The notes under the pieces are model-generated. The model saw only the letters and a list, made by a program, of their open reading frames with translations, was not told the origin of the DNA and ran no database searches. Of a stretch of DNA of 64,000 nucleotides, positions 57,225 through 64,000 are shown one piece after another. Source of the DNA: a virus. The DNA lies in the IMG/VR virus record IMGVR_UViG_3300032242_002920, positions 1 through 64,000 of that record; one strand, given 5' to 3'. The first letter of the stretch is position 1. Each line of letters opens with the position of its first letter. The translations under genes were made by a program, and so were the position numbers.

Positions 57225-60200
57225 ATGGCTACACAAAAACAAATTTCAGAAAGCATTAGACAGCAGTTAAGGATTTTAGATCCTTCAATTTCTGCTGAAG
57301 ACGGTACGCCAGAACGGAAAATTATCGATACGGTAGCGCAAGCAATTGCGGACGCTCAGGTAGACCTTAATGTTCTTAATGGCGCATTTGATGTTGAGGC
57401 TAAATATTCTTCTGATCTTGATAACATGCTTGCAATTTTGGGCTTTGGTCGTCAGCAAGGGTCAAAGGCAACTGGATTTGTTACATTTTCTAGAGCAGAT
57501 GTGGCTACTGCGCCAGTTGTTATTAATGCTAATACAACCATATTTACTCCATCTGGTGGTTCAAATAATACTAGCGTTGTATTTAGAACCACAACAACTG
57601 TCACCCTTCCAATTGGAAGTAAATCAGTTACAGCTCCAATTGAGGCAATTCAAGCGGGAACAATTGGCAACGTTGCTGCCGGTACTATTACCGAAACCGT
57701 TGGTAATCCAATTTATGGTATTACATCAGTAAACAATGATTATCCAACAACTGGTGGACAAGATGCTGAGTCGGATGTTGAATTAAAAGCTCGATTTATG
57801 ACAAATGGGGCCTTTCGTAATGTAGCTGGTACACGCGATCAATATACAGCGCTTGCCCTTTCTACGGTTTCTAAAAAAGCAAATGTTGTAGGACCCATTT
57901 CAACTTATCAAGAGTATATTCAAGTACCGGACAATTCAGATGTTTCTGGTGGCACAGAATACACTACTGCACTATCAAATAACACAAATTCAAAACATAT
58001 TTATGATAATGCGCCATATTTTGTTATGAATGACTCTGGAGTGTCTCCAGTTTATTACAATGCAGACATGGATTTTGTTTTAAATGTTCTTCCTACAAAA
58101 AAGGCAAAGGGGGACGCTTTAAGAAACGTAGCTTCGGTAGATCCAACTTCAACAACTGCTCCAACAATTTATCAGCCTAATGTAACATTTACTAATGTTT
58201 ATACCGATTTAATGACTAATAAACCGGAAGATGCAATCGCTCCCGGAGATACGCTTTTCTTTCAGCATAGTTACATGTCAACTGCTTCAAGAAATGATTA
58301 TGATCGAAATATTTTAAACTGCGTTGATGTATATGTAAATGGAGAAGACGCACAAAATGCAAGTTCCATGATTTCACGCCCCGGAGTTGAAGTCCCGACT
58401 CATTTGTTTACAGACGATGTTTATAGTGCATTTTATGTAAACAATTATCGTCGCGTTGATGAACCGGGTCATAGGCCTGTTAAGGGCAACGTTTATACTC
58501 CGTTGTATAAACAACCTATTATCAATTTGCCCAATCAAATCAGTTTATCAACTGGAACATTTCAAAAGGGCATTCATTATTGGCTGGTTGAAGAAACCAC
58601 AAACCTTTATGGAACAATTAGAGCAAGAAACGGCATTGAATGGTCTTCAACAATCAAAGCTAAAACATCTAATGACCCAGATATTGGTCCATATACTGGG
58701 CCGTATATTGCGGACACTTCAATTTCTAGCACAACGTTATCCGTAGATCTTCCTTCATCTAGTTCAATATCAACCACTACTGCTGCTCAAACTTATACAG
58801 TTACAAATAAACAACTTACGAGCAATGTGGCAAAGCTTACCATTGGAACTCACACGCTAAACGTTAACGATGTAGTTGCTGTGACCGGAGTTGATTCTAC
58901 GTTTAATCAAACTTCGGCAAAAATTACTGCAATTGATTCTACTAGTATTTCTTATCAACTTACAGCATCTAATGTTGCATCTACTAGCTCAAGCGGCACG
59001 GTTACTTTATCAACAATTTATTCTGGTAATAAAACGCCGATTAAATTAACTTCAACGGATTTTCTTCCCGCATCTGGATATATTTTAATTGGTAGTGAAA
59101 TTGTTCAATTTAGTGCAAAAACTGGATCTACTGGCAGTCCGGCAAATACATTAACTATTACGGGAAGAGGACAGTTTGGAACAACTGCCAAAGATATTCC
59201 TGCAAGTGCTACTACTGTTAATGTTCTTTTTCAAGTTGCTCAAGCTTCTGGTTTACCGACTAACGATACATTGTTAATTGGTTCTGAGCAAATTTCATAC
59301 AACCTTCCTGTGGGCACTTCAACTTCCCTAGTTCAGCCAATTTTACGAGGAATTAATGGCAGCTATGTAACTTCTCATAGTAACGGTGATACCGTTTCAG
59401 TATTGTTTACAACAGTTGATAAATCGATTTCAATTGAAAATTATCAATACGACGCAAATATTATCTTATTACAATCATTACTTGATAATAATAAACAAGT
59501 TACTACCGATGTACTTGCTCATAAGGCTAAAACACGTTACTTTAAACCCGATATTACGGTTATGTATTCGCCAAGTGCAAACAAAACAAATATTAATGAA
59601 TCTATTAGAAAATCTTTGGCAAATTATTTTGATACCGTTTACTTTGGTAACGAAATTCAAATGTCAGACATTCTTCAAACTGTTCACAATGTTGGCGGCG
59701 TTGACAATGTAAAATGGTCAAGAGATACCCTTGATGAGCAATCTAAAAATTATGATTCTGATGGTGACGCACGAATTAGAATGGTTGAAACAAATGTATA
59801 CGGCGACCCTGTTGCAACGCCCGTTTTAGATTTGGTAAGGGTTGGCGACGGAATTACGCCAACTGAATATAGACTTTATCTTCCATATTTATCAAAAATT
59901 GATCAAAGTGAACTTTCGGTTCCAACAAATATAACAACATCAACAAGTACTTCAACGGGAACACTCGGTGCAGGAACATATTATTATACTGTTACCGCCA
60001 TTAATGTTAATGGAGAGACTACAGCAGGTACGGCAACCTCTGGAGTTGCGGTTACCGGGTCAACCAATACTGTAACAATTAACTGGAACCCTGTTGATAA
60101 AGCAACCGGTTACAAAGTTTATCGTACCACATTAGCAGGTCCAGATTTTTCAACCGGTAAACTTCTTGTAGCGCAAATTGATGATCAAGGCACAACTTCT

Positions 60201-60818
60201 TTAGATGACGATGGAAGTTATACGCTTACAGCCGGAATTCCTCCTACAACAAACACCGCCATTATAGCAAACATTCATACCGATGTGGTTAGTACGTTTG
60301 ATATTCAATATGCTAATAATCAGCCAATTACAATTCAATATGATGATTTTATTCTTACGACATTTGATGTAAACGCCCTTTATGCTAAGGGTGATATTGT
60401 AATGTATGGAGGCTTGTATTATCAATCGCAAGTTGATAATAATGAAGGCAACGAACCTACTGCAACCTCTAGCTCGTATTGGAAACAAGATACTGTAAAC
60501 AAAATTGGATTCCAAGCAAAAATTAATTCACTTGGTAATGTTGTTAATGTGACAAGTCCCAATAATTTTGTTAGCGGTCCATCTTTTGATAATTATATCA
60601 CAATTAAACTTATTAATCCGGCTTCATCTGATCGTTTGCAAATTACTAATTCTATTATTAATAATGGATATGGTGCATACAATGACGATTTTCAAATTGG
60701 CGATGATGAATTAGTCGCACTTCCAAATGGTACGCAAGATGATGTGGGTAATTTAATAATGTCTTCGGTTATGACCGTCAGAGTAAAATCTCAAAATACT
60801 TGGAGCAATAGAGTATGA
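57225..60818 (+). CDS. Baseplate J-like wedge protein with inserted modules
   Basis: LD.....G..R.....ATG.VTF...A...G..GNV.AGTI...V.N.....GG.D.ESD.EL..R; G..I..SD....V..V.GVDNV. Confidence 0.92.
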   Translation: MATQKQISESIRQQLRILDPSISAEDGTPERKIIDTVAQAIADAQVDLNVLNGAFDVEAKYSSDLDNMLAILGFGRQQGSKATGFVTFSRADVATAPVVINANTTIFTPSGGSNNTSVVFRTTTTVTLPIGSKSVTAPIEAIQAGTIGNVAAGTITETVGNPIYGITSVNNDYPTTGGQDAESDVELKARFMTNGAFRNVAGTRDQYTALALSTVSKKANVVGPISTYQEYIQVPDNSDVSGGTEYTTALSNNTNSKHIYDNAPYFVMNDSGVSPVYYNADMDFVLNVLPTKKAKGDALRNVASVDPTSTTAPTIYQPNVTFTNVYTDLMTNKPEDAIAPGDTLFFQHSYMSTASRNDYDRNILNCVDVYVNGEDAQNASSMISRPGVEVPTHLFTDDVYSAFYVNNYRRVDEPGHRPVKGNVYTPLYKQPIINLPNQISLSTGTFQKGIHYWLVEETTNLYGTIRARNGIEWSSTIKAKTSNDPDIGPYTGPYIADTSISSTTLSVDLPSSSSISTTTAAQTYTVTNKQLTSNVAKLTIGTHTLNVNDVVAVTGVDSTFNQTSAKITAIDSTSISYQLTASNVASTSSSGTVTLSTIYSGNKTPIKLTSTDFLPASGYILIGSEIVQFSAKTGSTGSPANTLTITGRGQFGTTAKDIPASATTVNVLFQVAQASGLPTNDTLLIGSEQISYNLPVGTSTSLVQPILRGINGSYVTSHSNGDTVSVLFTTVDKSISIENYQYDANIILLQSLLDNNKQVTTDVLAHKAKTRYFKPDITVMYSPSANKTNINESIRKSLANYFDTVYFGNEIQMSDILQTVHNVGGVDNVKWSRDTLDEQSKNYDSDGDARIRMVETNVYGDPVATPVLDLVRVGDGITPTEYRLYLPYLSKIDQSELSVPTNITTSTSTSTGTLGAGTYYYTVTAINVNGETTAGTATSGVAVTGSTNTVTINWNPVDKATGYKVYRTTLAGPDFSTGKLLVAQIDDQGTTSLDDDGSYTLTAGIPPTTNTAIIANIHTDVVSTFDIQYANNQPITIQYDDFILTTFDVNALYAKGDIVMYGGLYYQSQVDNNEGNEPTATSSSYWKQDTVNKIGFQAKINSLGNVVNVTSPNNFVSGPSFDNYITIKLINPASSDRLQITNSIINNGYGAYNDDFQIGDDELVALPNGTQDDVGNLIMSSVMTVRVKSQNTWSNRV

Positions 60819-62449
60819 GTGCGCCTACTCAAATTGTAAACGTTGAACAAAGTTATTTAATTGAAGCATTAACCAGTTCTTCGTCACCATCTAGTTATTT
60901 AAATTATTTTCCACAGGAAGTTTATAATACTTCTTCTGATTCTAGGCTTTATAAATTTTTGTACGCTCTTTTGGGTCCCGCTGGTGTTTCTTTTTTAAAA
61001 ACTAATTACTTTTATGCTCGAATGCAGTTTGAAGAGCATGGTCTCATGTTTGATCAATTGGATAAGCTTTATGCTAATCCTTTGAGATTTGCTCGTACTG
61101 GCGACGAAACTTATCTTGAAAATTGGAAGGGCATGTTAAGCGTTGATGATTGGAATACTTTAAAATCATTAGACGAATCTTATCGAAATCGCGCCATTGA
61201 TTATCTTCATGCGGCTCGACTTGGAGCCACTATTGAAGGAATGCGGTATGCGGCTCGATCTGGATTAGGGCATGATGCTGCAATTTTGGAAAATTACAAA
61301 AATTTATTTAATCAGCACAGTGATCAAATTTTTGATTACAATTTTGTTGGTTCTTATCACGTAGACGGTACTCAAAGCGTAGAAGAATTTATTGTCATTC
61401 CAATTGATAATGGTTCAGACGCCCCCGTAACAATTGATGCAGAGGCGCAACACCTTGTTAAAAGTGCGACGGATAATTTAAAACCAGTTAATGCAATTCT
61501 TACTATTCAAGATGGTCAAGCGCCCATAGACATCCTTCCAATTAAATCAACGGCAGCTAGTAGCGAATATCATCAAACTATTCGATACGTTACCGGCGCA
61601 CAAAATATTCCTTGGCCTAATTCATCAGATTACTCAAATGATTTTAGCTCAATTTACTGGATTGAAGCTGGTGTTGAAAAAGAAGGTCCAAGAAATCTTG
61701 ATGGTTTTCAACAGCATTATCAGGGATTTCATACTCCAATTAGTATTTCTGCATCTTCTGAGCAACATGGTCAATTTGGTCCAGAATTTACTAAAAAATT
61801 TGCAACTCTTAAAGAGGCGAATTCGCTCATTGCAAGTCAAACAAATTATATTTGGAAGGGAAGCGATGCACTTGCAGATTATGCAGAGCGTTTAAATGTA
61901 ACTACTCAAAACTCTGTTACAAATACAAATTTTATTAATCATATGTATCCAGCCGATTATGCTGGACTCACTAACGTTCCTTCTATTAAATACCAACCGG
62001 CTAAATTTTGGTCATCTGCTGAACGTGATCAAGGATCAGAGACTTTAGAAATCGACCTTGGAGAAGAAAAGGCAATTAACTTTGTTATTTTTGATGCTCT
62101 TAAAGTCCCAGTTACAATTTCAATTCAATATGATGCTTCTGGATTGATTGCATCTGATGGATCAATTCAAAAACAATACAAAGACGTAAAATTTGATTCA
62201 TTTTTTCCTAACAATCAAACATTGGATTATGATCCAAATAGTTTAAATAAATGGGAAACCTTGCCATATGTATTTACAGATCTTAATGATAACATGATTT
62301 TTACAAGATATCTTAAAATTACATTCACTCGAAACGTAACCACTTCTCTTGGTCAATCAAGATTTTTGTATGATACCACAGTTAATCCTCCAATGCAAAA
62401 ACCTTGGTCCGTTGTTGTTAATAATCTTAGGTTAGGTAGGAATGTATGA
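60815..62449 (+). CDS. Baseplate wedge protein (P2 gpI-like position)
   Basis: Follows J; FP.EVY...YRNR...GAT.EG. Confidence 0.65.
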   Translation: MSAPTQIVNVEQSYLIEALTSSSSPSSYLNYFPQEVYNTSSDSRLYKFLYALLGPAGVSFLKTNYFYARMQFEEHGLMFDQLDKLYANPLRFARTGDETYLENWKGMLSVDDWNTLKSLDESYRNRAIDYLHAARLGATIEGMRYAARSGLGHDAAILENYKNLFNQHSDQIFDYNFVGSYHVDGTQSVEEFIVIPIDNGSDAPVTIDAEAQHLVKSATDNLKPVNAILTIQDGQAPIDILPIKSTAASSEYHQTIRYVTGAQNIPWPNSSDYSNDFSSIYWIEAGVEKEGPRNLDGFQQHYQGFHTPISISASSEQHGQFGPEFTKKFATLKEANSLIASQTNYIWKGSDALADYAERLNVTTQNSVTNTNFINHMYPADYAGLTNVPSIKYQPAKFWSSAERDQGSETLEIDLGEEKAINFVIFDALKVPVTISIQYDASGLIASDGSIQKQYKDVKFDSFFPNNQTLDYDPNSLNKWETLPYVFTDLNDNMIFTRYLKITFTRNVTTSLGQSRFLYDTTVNPPMQKPWSVVVNNLRLGRNV

Positions 62450-64000
62450 GTACGCCATACACTGCAACTGCAATTTTATATTCTAAGGGTGGCGCATCGA
62501 TTGCAAATTCGCCATTAGCGGATAACCCTAACGCATTTTCTAAAAACTTTAGCCACCCAGTTGTTAAACAAAATCACGTATCTACCGGATATGTATCTGG
62601 TACCGATGGTGCAGTTCAAGAATTTTATTTGCCAAGCGATTACGTTCGCGGAGACAAAGTTCCAGATTTAACTGGTTTTCAAGTTTATTTATCAGTTAAT
62701 GATTCTTCAAAACCCATTTCATACGACATTCAACGTTATGAGGATACATTAGCGGAAAGATTAACAGCTAATATTAAAATTACCGCCGTTACTCCTGCTG
62801 GCAGTGGCGGTAGTGCTACCGTTACGTATACAACACAACTTCCTCATTATTTAAAAATTAATGATAAAATTAAAATTTTTGGATTTGTTCCAAATGGATA
62901 CAACGGAACATATGTTATAACTGCCACCCCAAATTCAACTCAATTTACAGTAACTAGCACAGTAACCGACACTGTAACAACTTATGGAGCAATTGCAGGA
63001 TCTTCAATTTTAAGTAAAACCCTTCTTTATCAGAATAAAACTTATTTTGGCGTAGGTCAATTAAATTTGCGTTCTGTTTCAGTTAAAAATAAAATCAATA
63101 AACATCATAGCAGTCATGGTGAATACACTTACAAATGTACTCGAACAACAAAAGGTATTAAAAAAGGAACTTTGATCAGCATTGTTACTGGTACAAAACT
63201 TGATGGAGTTTTTAAAGTAAAATCGGTTACAACAAAACATGGTAAAACTTCTTTTGTTGTTTGGGGTTCAACGTGGAAATCAAAAACACCTTTGCCAAAA
63301 ATTAATGCTAAAACTTGCAAAGTTTTAGTTTGGTCTAGTACTGATCCTACAATCAAAACTATTGCAAACATTCCCGAAGTGCCCGAAGACGTTGATGATC
63401 GTTACGATTCACCTCAAGGATGGACGGGACTTGTTAAAGGAACGGCAAGCGTTGGTTCCGTTACTGGTGATCAATGGTTAGACGTTAAGTTTAAATCTGT
63501 GACAATTGATTCAGATTGGGTAAATCAAAAATTTAAATTGACGATTTATGGAGACGGTATAGATAAAATTTATTATACTGCTCCTAGTCCAATTAACAAC
63601 GTACAAGCTTTCAAAAAATCAACTAATCAACAAATTGATGCTAGTAGTTCTGCAATATTATTTAAAATGCTAGCATCAACTGCCGATTCGGGTACCGACT
63701 TTTTGTCTAACGCTTATAGATCAATTACAGTTAAAAATGAAATCAACAATATTTTAGATTCAGGGTTTAATTTTTGGTCCTCTAAACCAAATCCTTCAAA
63801 GTATGGAGTTGAAAGTCTTTATTTTGATGTTTCTAATAACAGCGGCGATGCAATTATAATTGATTCAATTTTTGTAGACTCGCTAACTCCCGGAGCAAAT
63901 TTTCATGTTTATTATTCAACTGATAAATCTGGTCCGGGAACCGATGAAAATTCTTGGGATCTTCTTTTATGGACTCCAGTTTCAAAAACTTTTACAACTA
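62446..64000 (+). CDS. Large minor tail/baseplate protein, truncated by the window end
   Basis: ATGA overlap; reads MSTPYTATAILYSKGG... and stays open through WSSKPNPS...VESLYFDV to the end. Confidence 0.8.
   Translation, partial: MSTPYTATAILYSKGGASIANSPLADNPNAFSKNFSHPVVKQNHVSTGYVSGTDGAVQEFYLPSDYVRGDKVPDLTGFQVYLSVNDSSKPISYDIQRYEDTLAERLTANIKITAVTPAGSGGSATVTYTTQLPHYLKINDKIKIFGFVPNGYNGTYVITATPNSTQFTVTSTVTDTVTTYGAIAGSSILSKTLLYQNKTYFGVGQLNLRSVSVKNKINKHHSSHGEYTYKCTRTTKGIKKGTLISIVTGTKLDGVFKVKSVTTKHGKTSFVVWGSTWKSKTPLPKINAKTCKVLVWSSTDPTIKTIANIPEVPEDVDDRYDSPQGWTGLVKGTASVGSVTGDQWLDVKFKSVTIDSDWVNQKFKLTIYGDGIDKIYYTAPSPINNVQAFKKSTNQQIDASSSAILFKMLASTADSGTDFLSNAYRSITVKNEINNILDSGFNFWSSKPNPSKYGVESLYFDVSNNSGDAIIIDSIFVDSLTPGANFHVYYSTDKSGPGTDENSWDLLLWTPVSKTFTT

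Noticed and set aside
1907-63371. Many antisense or alternate-frame ORFs in the track (for example 1907-2560, 30129-30587, 55424-56035, 63129-63371)
   Set aside because: They are shadows of longer, motif-bearing genes and lack start signals
1-64000. Alternative genetic code, inteins, tRNAs
   Set aside because: Genes are intact under code 11 with all three stops in use; no C...HN intein boundaries or tRNA cloverleafs were recognised

Overview
This window is 64 kb of a tailed dsDNA phage genome, visibly AT-rich, that encodes a contractile tail. The gene order (protease, decoration protein, major capsid protein, neck, sheath, tube, frameshifted chaperone, short tape measure, hub, gp25-like wedge, baseplate J) resembles my recollection of actinobacterial myoviruses such as mycobacteriophage Bxz1 (cluster C). 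That relationship is from memory, not from a search. Layout: 0-11.6 kb is an accessory region (GIY-YIG/T5orf172-like protein, ThyX, DenV-family glycosylase, MazG, probable head-internal proteins); 11.6-26.7 kb is a fibre/appendage array; 26.7-35.7 kb is the head module; 35.7-37.4 kb is an inverted two-gene cell-wall hydrolase cassette; 37.5-64 kb covers neck, tail and baseplate. No terminase, portal, tRNA, CRISPR or integrase was recognised. The main unusual observations are: (1) the baseplate hub appears split into three paralogous N-halves, each with a different cell-wall enzyme set (SGNH esterase plus M15 peptidase; NlpC/P60; lysozyme-like), and one shared C-half; (2) head proteins are punctuated by a recurrent [K/R/H]-x-[A/S/G] motif that brackets cargo modules, and two share a DDSxLF C-terminus; (3) small beta-modules are nested inside one another, including a GH5 enzyme interrupted by a degenerate SGNH domain; (4) there is a candidate phage late promoter for leaderless mRNAs; (5) CCWGG is strongly avoided. 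All functional calls come from reading motifs by eye.
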